Source: Octopus sinensis
Lineage: Eukaryota
Reading direction: 5' to 3'
Assembly: GCF_006345805.1 (NCBI RefSeq)
Contig: NC_042999.1
Location: 35,588,001 to 35,652,000 of the forward strand
DNA length: 64,000 nt
A program made the translations under genes and the position numbers. The notes beneath the pieces were generated by a model, which saw nothing but the letters and a program-made list of their open reading frames with translations, ran no database searches and was not told the origin of the DNA. Below, in pieces: positions 24,921 through 37,074 of this stretch (position 1 is its first letter; each line of letters starts with the position of its first letter).

Positions 24921-26563
24921 AATACACATATATATAACAAAGTGGAGTTGTAAGGTACCTAGCAATAACTAAAGTTAGCATATGATTCACTTCCTCAGTT
25001 ACCTTCTTGTGTTGCCTGCCATCACTCCCTTTTGCTCTCAATGAGCCAGTCATACTCTCTTTTGCTCTCAAGCCAACACTAACACCCTTCTATACTACCA
25101 GCCTATACTTCTCTTCCAGGCAACCTATTACTGATATCAATCACATTCTCCTAACAGTATTTCTACAATCATCCATCACTCTCTTTCTGTCTCTCACATT
25201 GCACTATTATTGCTTCTTTCAATAAGGCAGAGAGCTGGCAGAATCGTTAGCACACCGGGCAAAGGTAGACGGAACACATAGAAGAGGGAAACCCAGGAAC
25301 ACATAGGATGAAGTACTGAAGGATAACCTCAGGACATTGAACCCTTCAGATGAGATGACAAAGAACTGAGATACCTGGTGCTTTGCTGTACTCAAGAAGA
25401 CCTGTACTCCACTGCAGAAGTATTCAGGCCACTCTCTCTGGTGAAGAGGATTGGCCTGCAAGTGTCCTGTAACAGTGCCACATAAAAAGCATTGGTGCTA
25501 GTGCCACATAAAAGCACCCACTACACTCTGTAAAGTGGTTGGCGTTAGGAAGGGCATTCAGTCATAGAAACCATGCCTAATCAGACTGGAGCCTGGTGCA
25601 GCTCTCCAGCTTCCCAGCACTGGTCAAACAGTCCAACCTATGCCAGATGGAAAACAGACCTATGATGAAGATGATGTACACTTCCTGTAAGAGGTCTGTT
25701 GGTTCCTGTTGTTGCAACAGATATCAGAAGTAATATGAGCTGTTGTTAAAATGCAGTCCAGTGAGTTTGTAGTAGTCCTTGATTTAGCTTGGTCAGCTGG
25801 AAGCATGATTGTGAAGTTATTGGTGGGAAATTAAAGTAAATATGCTGAACCCATGTTTGTTCTGTTACATCTGATATAGGTTACCTGGTAAAAATCTGTA
25901 TGTAATTTGGTGCACGATAGGTGGTCTACTATGGCTGTTATGAGACAATCAGCAACCTAGCCACTAGAGAACAGCTCTATTTTTGTTGCAGCCAACTGCC
26001 AGCCACTTCCTTGATTTAAATGACTTAGTAATACTTGCTAATGCAACATCCAGTCTAAGTTATTGATTGGTCTGCAAGGTGATGACATAGAAACATCTAT
26101 GGGTACCACTAAGTCTAGGTTGATAAACAGATTATTGTGACAGTTGATTGGTACAGATAATGATGCCATTGGTTAGCATAAGTGAAAGCCAGTCAGCAGA
26201 TAATTTGACTGCCAAGGAAATCAAACTGTACATCGGTGGATTTATATTTATGTCACTGGAATGGCATGAATATAACAAACTGAGATATTCATTAAAAAAT
26301 ATTGCTGCTAAATTTAATGACTTGTGCATAACTTTAAATCAACATTTAATTTATGGTAGTTAGGAGGAATTAACAAACAAAAAAAAGCAAAACAAAAAGA
26401 AACATGAAATTTCTAAGAGGCAGATTTTCTACAGCTGAATGCTCTTCCTGTTACCAACCTCCACCTGTTTCCAAACAATGTAGTGTCTCTCCATGGCCAA
26501 GTGTAACAGACTTGGGCCAACCTAAACCTTGTGATTGGATTTAGAAGAAGAAACTGAAAGAAG

Positions 26564-26604
<41 letters not shown>

Positions 26605-26606
<2 letters not shown>

Positions 26607-26839
26607 GGGTGTTCACAAAGTCTCCCAGCATAAGTATTTAATGGTTTTCGGGCGATTCTTGTACACTGGTCCTTTACTTGTTCCCCAAGAAAAAAAAAGT
26701 CTGGCGGTGTTAAATCAGGTGATCTTGGTGGCCAAAGTTCCTTGGAAATAATCCGTTCACCGAAAAACTCTTGAAGTAGCGCCATGGTGATGCACAGGAT
26801 GAAAAAAATTCACTGTGGAGAGACTTTTTGAAGACCCTG
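26605..26839 (-). mobile_element. internally deleted Tc1/mariner element
   Basis: TIR (C/T)AGGGT.TTCA.AAAGTCTC; retains WPPRSPDLTPPDFF catalytic-D3 motif. Confidence 0.8.
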
Positions 26840-28460
26840 AATATAATGTATGTATATATCGGTCTCTGTGTTTGTCTCCCACTACCTCTAGACAACCGGT
26901 GTTGGATTGCTTACGTCCCCGTAGCCTAGCGGTTCGTAAAAAGGAGGTGGATAGAATAAGTAATAATTTTTTTTTTTAATTAAAAAAACAAGTACTGGGG
27001 TCGATTTGTTCGACTAAACCCTTCGGGGGCAGTACCTCGGCATGACCGCAATCCAAAGACTAAAACAAGTAAAAGGAATACAGTAAGTGACGATTCACAG
27101 TTCACTTTCATTTCATTGATGCTTAATGCAGATTGCTTACGATAATTTTCCACGTCACTTCAATTTCCCTTTGTAATAAAAATGCGAAAGAACACCGAAT
27201 ATAAATACACACACACACAGAGAAAGTATGTTCGATTCCTAGGAACCTTTCATTCAATGATAGGTAGGTAGTAGAATCGGTTGAGTATCGGACAAGTTAT
27301 GATACTGGTTATCTCCCTTTACAGCCTGATTTCAAACCCCGACCAGGTCACTTCAACTTCAATTTTTTTTCTCTCTCAATAAAGGAAGATACTCGCGTGT
27401 TGTAGTTTCTTTCATAGTCTTAATATTGAAATAAATTTGTTAATTCTCTTTAAAGAGATTATAGCAAAATAAACTTTATCTTTTATTGTTTCAGTCATTT
27501 GACTGCGGCCATGCTGGAGCATCGCCTTTAGTCGAGACACCGACCCCAGGACTCATTCTTTGTAAGCCTAGTACTTATTCTATCGGTCTTTCTTGCCGAA
27601 CAGCGAAGTGTCGGGGACGTAAACGCACCAGCATCGGTTGTCAAGCGATGTTGCAGGGACAGACACACAAACATATACATACACACATCATCATCATCAT
27701 CGTTTAACGTCCGTTTTCCGCGCTAGCACGGGTTGGACGGTTCGACCAGGGTCTGGGAAGCCAGGGGCTGCACCAGGCTCCAGTCTTATCTGGCAATGTT
27801 TCTACAGCTGGATGCCCTTCCTAACGCCAACCACTCCGCGAGTGTAGTGGGTGCTTTTTACGTGCCACCTGCACAGGTGCCAGGAGGGTCTGGCATCGGC
27901 CACGATCGGTTGGTGCTTTTAACGTGCCACTGGCACATACATATAACAAAGTGGAGTTGTAAGGTACCGCACGAGTGGAATTATATACGAAAGAAGGTTT
28001 GAAAATGCAATTTTAAAAAGATGTTTATTTACTTTACCGGTTTCACTCTTTAGAAAAAGATTGTCAAAAGAAACATGTAAAAGTTTGGTTGTCACAAAAT
28101 GCTACAATACATATATACAGTCTTTGGTAACAAGAACATGTTAAGAACATAAAAAAGTTTAACAAGTTCATGAAAATATTGGGTACAAAAGATTCCAACA
28201 TCAATATACATTCTCAAGAAAATGTTAAAGATAGTTTCCAGAAGGAATTATTAAAAAGTTCAGCGGAATATTGGTATTGTATCTGTATATTCATACACGC
28301 ATAGAATATTGGGTGTCACAAAATACTACAATACATATATACATACATACATATATATACAGACACACACACACATATATATATATATATACATATATAT
28401 ATACATACATATATATACACATACACACACACACATATATATATATACATACATATATAT

Positions 28461-28490
<30 letters not shown>

Positions 28491-28491
<1 letters not shown>

Positions 28492-28894
28492 GGATCTTTT
28501 CGGTTTGAAAGGCAGTTTTTCTAGCGGTGTTATATGAAACTGTCACCCATAATTATGACCCTAGTATCGATCTATTGCATCTCAATGTGTTAGGGTTGGT
28601 TAGGGTGGGGGGAAGGGTATCTTTTTTCTTCAGAAATGTAAATAAACCCATTCTGTTTCTTAAACGAGGAACATATTCATACGGCACAGAATGTTTTCAC
28701 CTTCAATAGACGTCATTGGTTGGTAGAAATTGAAGAAAGAAAAAAACAACAAATATCTTACAAACTATAGAATTTTCTCAATAAAGCCAAGAGAAAAAGA
28801 TGTTTTATAAACACATTCTACTAGTATACGAAGTTTAAAAGTGTTTAGTTACGTGGAAATTATTTTAAAAAACTGCCGTTCAAACCGAAAAGAT

Positions 28895-28897
<3 letters not shown>
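28491..28897. mobile_element. 407-bp MITE in (TA)n, copy 1
   Basis: ~29-bp TIR AGGATCTTTTCGGTTTGAA.GGCAGTTTT. Confidence 0.85.
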
Positions 28898-28964
<67 letters not shown>

Positions 28965-28967
<3 letters not shown>

Positions 28968-29368
28968 ATCTTTTCGGTTTGAAAGGCAGTTTTTCTAGCG
29001 GTGTTATATGAAACTGTCACCCATAATTATGACCCTAGTATCGATCTATTGCATCTCAATGTGTTAGGGTTGGTTAGGGTGGGGGGAAGGGTATCTTTTT
29101 TCTTCAGAAATGTAAATAAACCCATTCTGTTTCTTAAACGAGGAACATATTCATACGGCACAGAATGTTTTCACCTTCAATAGACGTCATTGGTTGGTAG
29201 AAATTGAAGAAAGAAAAAAACAACAAATATCTTACAAACTATAGAATTTTCTCAATAAAGCCAAGAGAAAAAGATGTTTTATAAACACATTCTACTAGTA
29301 TACGAAGTTTAAAAGTGTTTAGTTACGTGGAAATTATTTTAAAAAACTGCCGTTCAAACCGAAAAGAT

Positions 29369-29371
<3 letters not shown>
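28965..29371. mobile_element. 407-bp MITE in (TA)n, copy 2 (apparently identical to copy 1)
   Basis: same TIRs and internal sequence; identical ORF-track peptides. Confidence 0.85.
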
Positions 29372-29407
<36 letters not shown>

Positions 29408-30240
29408 CTTATTGTATCTCATGTCAGACACTGCAGTAATTTTATGTCAATGACTTGAAGCCTTGAAGCAGTTTGTATATTCTTTTGTTTTAGTTGCTGC
29501 TACTTTTTCTCCTGGTTGCTGGTTCGTAAGTTAGATGTCAAAATCTGGTCCACGCACTTGACTAAGTCGTGCAACGTAAAACTAAATATGATGTACGAAT
29601 GAAAAACCTAATATAAGTCGAAAACACACAGAAAAAATAAACAGAAACTCAAATCCAAACTTACTGTGTTAAGTTAATGTGTATGCAACATAACAACTGG
29701 TAAAATATCTTTGCCAGCATCAGAAGAAATTTACGAACAAATAAACCAAACGATTCATAACAAACTATAAATAGTCATTACTGAGTAACTTCGATAGATT
29801 TTTAGCCATTATTAAGTCCAGGATTAAATATCTGAACAAATTATATACAGTACACCTCTCAGGGTAAAAGCAACACATTCGATATATTATAAGTTGTGTA
29901 TGCGTGTTGATGGAGAATTAGATAATAGCGGTGGGAGATAAAAACTTCACACACTATCTTGCGCAACATGTGATAGATTCAAGGGTCACCACTAACAAAC
30001 AAATTTAATGAGGAATGTTCAAGCTCCATATAGATAAGTTACACATACTCACAAGCATGTGAGCGGTAAAAAGGGTGATTGGATTACATTATAAAAAAAT
30101 TTCACCGCAAACAGGATGTGAAAGCTAGGAAATAAATAAAACGAAATGCTTCATAGCGGATAGACAATTGATAAAATATATTTTTGTGTTATGCAATACA
30201 TAATATATTTGTTTTTTTATTTATAGAAACAATGTATATG

Positions 30241-30618
30241 CAGTAAGCGAACTCAGTCCCATGATGGTACAAGGGTAATGTCAACATCTAGGGTGACTTA
30301 AATATAGTTACTATCAGAATCTAAAGCAACAGTTCATGTTTAACGAACATAATGAGGTTATTAATAGAAGACACTTGCCTAAGGTACCATACCGTGGGGC
30401 TGAACCCATAATCACACAGCCACGCCTGCTTTAAACTTAATGTCTTCAAAGGCATTAAAACAAGAAATTATTCAAATGAACACACTCACTGTTAATTATT
30501 AACTCATTAGACGCATTAAACAGGAAGCTTTGCATTAGATTCTGATTGTATCTACGTTTAAGTCACCCAAGATGTTGACATTACCTTTGTACCACCATAG
30601 AATTGAGTTCGTTCACTG
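30241..30618. mobile_element. long-TIR (~90 bp) Tc1-like MITE with a degraded SINE piece inside
   Basis: CAGT.A.CGAACTCA.T.C.ATG.TGGTACAA.GGTAATGTCAACATCT.GGGTGACTTAAA on opposite strands; TA at the right end. Confidence 0.7.
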
Positions 30619-31059
30619 TACATACATTTGTTGACGATCCTTCGGTATAGGTACCGTAAGTGGCTTTGTTTACATTTCTGAAGATAACAGAAACTTTTTT
30701 CTCCCACCTCTAACCCCCCATATATATATTTAAAAAAAAAACACTTTCTTGAAATGTATCCGGTACTTCCGGTACCTATACCGAAGTTACGCCCATTTGT
30801 TTTTGATCAGGATATCGGCGGATATCTAGCATGGCAGGATAGGACATTATGTTATCAGCGAACAGAAATATTGATGATGATGCGTCTGGGTCCTCACCGT
30901 CTTTAATTGTACATATACGTGTGTGTGTATTGTAGTCATAAATATTTATATATTATTCTTGCAATCCTGTCTGTTCACTGAATTCATCTCATGGATGGTC
31001 GACCAAAGTCTTGTGAGTGGATTTGGTAGAATGAAGCTGAAAGAAGTCTATTGTGTGTG

Positions 31060-31103
<44 letters not shown>

Positions 31104-31110
31104 ATATATA

Positions 31111-31506
31111 CTAGCAGTATCGCCCGGCGTTGCTCGGGTTTGTAAGGGAAATAACTATATAAGCATTTTTAGAGAGTTATAGCCAAAAATTAGCAAAAAA
31201 TGCATTAAAAATAGAAAAAAAAATATGGTAAATTTTTTTTTAAATCGTTGACTCATCGTAGACGTTTTTAGAGAGTTACTTCCCTTATATAATAGCGAAA
31301 AAATGCATTAAAATGGAAAAAATTATGTTAAATTTTTTTTTAAATCGTAGACTCATCGTAGACGCGCGCTAATACCCAGAAGGGCTCGATATGAATCACG
31401 ACTATAAGATACCCGGTTTTGGTTAAACTGCACCGCAAAATGTGGGAGTAGTTAGGAATCTAACTTGTACGAGACAGACACACAACTTGACTTTTATATA
31501 TAAAGA
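31111..31506 (-). mobile_element. non-autonomous Helitron
   Basis: 5' TCTTTATATATAAAAG, 3' hairpin CCCGAGCAACGCCGGG then CTAG, embedded in (TA)n. Confidence 0.75.
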
Positions 31507-31769
31507 TATATATATATATATATATTCTTCCTTTCTTTATGATATTAAAATATAGGGTGATACTTACAAACAGATAGATAAACTGAATAGAATTATTTGA
31601 CTGTAAGTAAATTTACAAGACATAAATTATAAATTAGACATTAAATAAAGATTGAATAGATAATCTTGGAATTAGAACCAGGGTACATCTAATCTATAAC
31701 AAATGGGCAGTTATAATGGCATTAAATTAAAAAATTTAAAATTTTAATTGGCATCTTCCAATTCATCAT

Positions 31770-32210
31770 CATTGTTTAACGTCCGCTTTCCATGCTAGCA
31801 TGGGTTGGACGGTTCAACTGGGGCCTGGCAAGCCCGAAGGCTGCACCAGGCCAGTCAGATCTGGCAGTGTTTCTACAGCTGGATGCCCTTCCTAACGCCA
31901 ACCACTCCGAGAGTGTAGTGGGTGATTTTATGTGCCACCGACACAGGTGCCAGTCGAGGCTGGCAGACGGCCACGCTCGGATGGTGTTTTTTATGTGCCA
32001 CCGACACAGGTGCCAGACGAGGCTGGCAGACGGCCACACTCGGATGGTGCTTTTTATGTGCCACTGACACAGGTGCCAGACGAGGCTGGCAGACGGCCAC
32101 GCTCGGATATGGTGTTTTCTTATGTGCCACCAACACAGGTGCCAGACGAGGCTGGCGAACGGCTACGGTCGGATGGTGTTTGTTACGTGACCACAGCACG
32201 GAGGCCAGTC
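31770..32210 (-). repeat. RTE 3'-tail repeat with an expanded ~60-bp internal tandem array; representative of more than 20 copies
   Basis: other copies near 2185, 6170, 6700, 8070, 9030, 25460, 27690, 33650, 52220, 53660, 55270, 57050, 59070, 60350, 61500, 62320, 63340. Confidence 0.85.
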
Positions 32211-32652
32211 GATGCGGTACTATAAAAGAAATACTTTGACCAGTTTATAATTTCACAACTTCAAATATAATTTAAAATATAATTTGATTTTGCATTATGA
32301 ACTATATTTGGATTACCAGATAATATAATGAATTTTATACAAAAGTATTATGGATTGCTACAGAGGAATTACCAAGGAGACATATGAATCTAGATTATCC
32401 TATTCATTTATATTGCCACTAATTATCCAAGAATAAGGAATATGGATCACATTCCAAGTTGAAGTCTCAAAATCAATAATGGCACTAATCAGCAATTAAT
32501 GATCTACTCATCATGTCTGTAGTGTTTGTAAAAATTCTGTAATACAGCATCTGTTTGCATTACATGTCCATGTGATAAATATCGTGAATAGATGGAACTG
32601 TAACAAATTGCATGGCTACAACACACACATGATTAAAAAAGGTGAAGACTTA

Positions 32653-32869
32653 TGAGAGGGCGCTGAAAATTTTCTGGCTTTAAGGGTATCGTGAAAGGCC
32701 TGGTTGGAGGCTCAACTTTCTGAGTCTTTTTACAGGGCTTAAAAAAACTGAAGGACTGCTTCAATAAGTGTGTGAATCTGAGAAGGTAATGTTAAGTAAA
32801 ATCATAATTAACTGATCCTCCAGTTTTTTTTCTTTTACACAAAGCCAGGAACCTTTCAGCACCCCCTTG
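32653..32869. mobile_element. Mariner-like MITE
   Basis: TA-flanked imperfect TIRs GAG.GGG.GCTGAAA..TT.CTGGCTTT. Confidence 0.75.
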
Positions 32870-34832
32870 TATATAATGAAATTATACTGGACCTAGACAC
32901 ATCAGTTGGGTGACTTGCCCTGACCAATGCAACTCTACCACGCCAGATGTCCTGAGCTTCTAGTGTCTTCCACAAAGTTGATCAATATATATGTTCTTCT
33001 TAGTCTGCTGATACTCTTTTACTCTTTTACTTGTTTCAGTCATTTGACTGCGGCCATGCTGGATCACCGCCTTTAATTGAGCAACTCGACCCTGGGACTT
33101 ATTCTTTTGTAAGCCCAGTACTTATTCTATCGGTCTCTTTTGCCGAACCGCTAAGTAACGGGGACATAAACACACCAGCATCGGTTGTCAAGCAATGCTA
33201 GGGGGACAAACATACACGCACACACACATATATATATATACATATATACGACAGGCTTCTTTCAGTTTCCGTCTACCAAATCCACTCACAAGGCATTGGT
33301 CGGCCCGGGGCTATAGCAGAAGACACTTGCCCAAGGTGCCACGCAGTGGGACTGAACCCGGAACCATGTGGTTGGTTAGCAAGCTACTTACCACACAGCC
33401 ACTGCTGTACATCCATGTGTAGATTTTCCTGAGAAGGAAACCACTGGATATTTCATCTTTGCCTTTCCAACTGTGTCCTGCATAACATGTTCTTTCTCAG
33501 GTTTCCAAGGTGATGGTAAGAAGACTGCCATACAGTCACTGCTTTACAGGTTTTGTCGCCAAGAAAGATTGAGAACTGTAAAAAGCACCGTTTGAATGTT
33601 GATCCTCATGGAAGCAGTGACAAGTGACTGAGACCTTTGGCGATACACTGTGCTGGAGAAGACCTGTCAAGCCTAGAAAGATCATAGTTCTGGCCAATAC
33701 TGGTTACATAACTGGCACCCATGCTGGTGGCACATAAAAAAACACTCATTACACTCTTGGCGAGGTTGGCATTAGGAAGGGCATCCAGTCAGAGAAACCA
33801 TGCCAAATTAGACTGGAACCTGGTGCAGCTCCCCAGCTTACCAGTTTTCAGTCAAACCATCCAACCCATGCCAGCATGGAAAACGGACATTAAATGATGA
33901 TCATGATGATCTCATTTATATATATAGCGGCATACATACACCCTTGTGTTCACCTTATGTATCTAAATTTTGTACGACTCTTACTCTATCTTTTATTCCC
34001 CCTCTCATTTTTCTTCCTTTTTCTTCCCCTCCCCCATCTCACATTTCTTGGCCTTCTCTTTCTTTAACTTCCACTATTTCCCACTCATTTATCTCCCCTG
34101 TACCTTTCTCTTTGTCTCTGATTTTTTTCTAATCCTTCAATCCCACTGCCCCCTACCCATCTCTCCTCCTTCCACGTGATGGGTGTCCGGCCAGCCATGA
34201 TCTTTCTTGGCCTGACTGCCGACCATCAACACCTCTTGTGTCCATCTCCTATGTTCCTGCCTTTAGGCTTTCACTTCATACACGCCAGCTCAACTTGATT
34301 CATTCTCAGTTGAAAGACACCGGTTGTTATTTCTTGTTGTTTGTATTCGTAATTGTGTACTGTTCACTGTTTTTTTTTTGTCTTTGTTGCTGTACACAGT
34401 CACTAGCTTTCTTACAATGCTCTTAGTTTAGACTTTTTGGGGGGAAACCAGATCGAACCCTCTCAAGTGTAACTGCCCAAAATGATCGTGACTTCTGGAA
34501 CTTGACTGAGGAAAGAAAGCCATGAACAACCTGCTTTTTTTTGCCTGTCCTTCTAATTGTTGTTTCTCTTGTCCATCTTTGTATCGTCTATCTGCCCAAA
34601 TGTTTTAATGTCCTCTATTGCGTTTTTGTCCCCTTTTATATATATATATACTTTTTTCTTTACTACCCACAAGGGGCTAAACATAGAGGGGACAAACAAG
34701 GACAGACAAAGGGATTAAGTCGATAACATCGCCCCCAGTGCAAAACAGGTACTTTATTTATCGACCCCGAAAAGGATGAAAAGCAAAGTTGACCTCGGCG
34801 ATATATATATACCGTCCAACCCATGCTAGCAT

Positions 34833-35749
34833 ATACATACTACATATGTGGAAATCTGTGAATGTATGTTTGTGGCATTGTTATCTAACTCCTACTACAT
34901 CGTTTTATTGATTTTGATGAAACTTGACACATGAGTAGAACTCATGCATGGAAAACTAGTGACATACTTAGATTGTTGAAAAAATTGATAATAGGGCTCC
35001 TGGAAGGGATTCTTATAGCTACTACATATAACTAATATATTATTTTCAAACATCTAAGGGAAATAATCCATTCACTCCTGAAAGGGATCCTTATATATAG
35101 CTAAGGGAAATAACCCATTCATGTTTGTAAATTATTTCATATAAATCAAATTGAGTGTGCTTATTTCTTAGTATTTGAACTATTTGAGTTATTTTCGCAA
35201 TGTATCCAGTACAACACTTAAACAAGTAAATAGCATTTTCCTAAACAATAGATCCACTTATTTCGGTTAGTGACTTATTCAGGAATATACCAACACTAGT
35301 GCTGCTGAAGGTAATATCCTCTGCAAATACACAAAAGCTTTTTTCAGAGTTATTTACTTTGAATTGTTATTATCTCATATCTAATTAGCTTGTTATTACG
35401 TAACATGCTTCACGATTTTAGTATACATACCTTATTAGTATTTCCTCCTAAGTTCTATATACTCTGGGAACATATTAAAGCCCTTTTTGGGACTACTTTA
35501 TTTGAATTCTTACTTTCGGGTAATTAATTTCATGTTATTATGTAACTGACTTCACAATTTGGGTATTCATAACTTATTGGGAATTCTTAAAAACAAGATC
35601 CTGTTTAAGACAGTTCAGTATTCTCAATAAATGCACAAAAACCATTTTAAGGGCTTTATACTGTTGCTATTGGACTAGCGAAACAATTATGAGAACGGAA
35701 CCAAAGGATAAGCCCCACTTTCCCAGGAATTACCAGGTACGTCAGCTAG
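34833..35749 (+). mobile_element. probable non-autonomous Helitron
   Basis: ends ...CCAGGTACGTCAGCTAG; internal GAAACTTGA motif shared with the 21907 element. Confidence 0.5.
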
Positions 35750-35754
35750 CATAT

Positions 35755-35975
35755 ATATATATATAGTTAATCCAAACAAGAAAGCACAAAAAACACAACA
35801 ACGCGAGGACGTGGAACAAATATAGTATTATTGGATGCTCAGGAAGGAAGGGAAGAAGGAGGGTTTAACGTTTCGAGTGGAGCTCTTCGTTGGAAACATA
35901 GAAGGAAAGATCCAGAGAAGGGAAGACAGAGGAAAAAAAATCGCTAACGGTACACACGCGGTCACATTTTGATAT
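35755..35975 (-). mobile_element. Penelope-type terminal-repeat fragment
   Basis: GTTT-CCAACGA-AGAGC..TC-GAAACGTT-AAAC degenerate hammerhead-like motif; inserted in (TA)n. Confidence 0.45.
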
Positions 35976-37074
35976 ATATGTATACACACACACATGTAGT
36001 GTATGTATATATTGGTAACTTTTAGTTCAATCTAATTTATATCTCTTTACTCCAAGACTGACTTGTCTTTCATTGACCCTTACACAATTAAATTCTGGGT
36101 TTGATATAATGAGCAAGCCTCTCAAACCCCACACCCACCAACTAACCCCACACACACATGCAAAGGATAACAATGTCCCAGTATGGCTACTGTCCAATAA
36201 ATGAAAATAATATAGTGTTTTGCATCTATGGGTAGGATGAAGTTGATTTTACAGCTGGCTGCCTTTCCTACTGCACAGTACCATAGGCAAGTGTCTTCCA
36301 CCACAGTACTGGACCAACAAACGTTGTCCTGTATAACCACTTAAAATCTTTCAAGTTATTGTTTAGTTCCAAATTGGCCCTGCATGAGTAGACATATAAT
36401 CAAAACACCTCACCTGCATCTAGTCATTTCTTTTCTTTCCCAGCATGCTTACTATGGACTCTGTTATCCAATGTGGCATTCTAGTAGGGTATTATTTGAG
36501 TGAGATTCTGCTGCTCTTTCTAACAGTCAAGGAAACTGGAGCAAGCAAAGTTAGTGCTTTGCTCAAAACACAATATTCTCTCTCTGACAGCAGCACTCAT
36601 GTTGGAACTTATAACCAACCACATGGTCTTTTGATATTTTAGTTTCACAGACATTATATTTCATGCATAAACAATCTTTTACCTTTTATTCTGGAGCATC
36701 ACTTTCAAGATACTCATTTTATTAATTAAGTTATACTTAAGACTTCACTTGCTCTGTTATCTGGTGGTCTCTAAGTAAGTTAGGAGTAGACAAGTGGATT
36801 GTTTGAGCCATACAAATAATGTATAGTGGTATATTTGGTCTGTCCATCTGAATGTATCATCAACATTTATTGTCCATTGTCCATGCTGGCATAGGTTGGA
36901 TGGTTTGACCAGGGCTGGTAAGCTGAGGGGCTGCACCAGACTCTATACAAGTGAAAGGATAAGACTGTATATACATGAGTGTCCATCTATACTATTGATA
37001 CACAGTTATGCTGTCTTGGACTCTACCTTGATGTCCTTATTATTAAAATATCTTGATTCTATTGGATCCTGCAA

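Noticed and set aside
31922-32239. Regularly spaced ~60-bp repeats resembling a CRISPR array or repeat-protein ORFs
   Set aside because: Contiguous tandem units with no unique spacers and no cas genes; part of the RTE 3' UTR.
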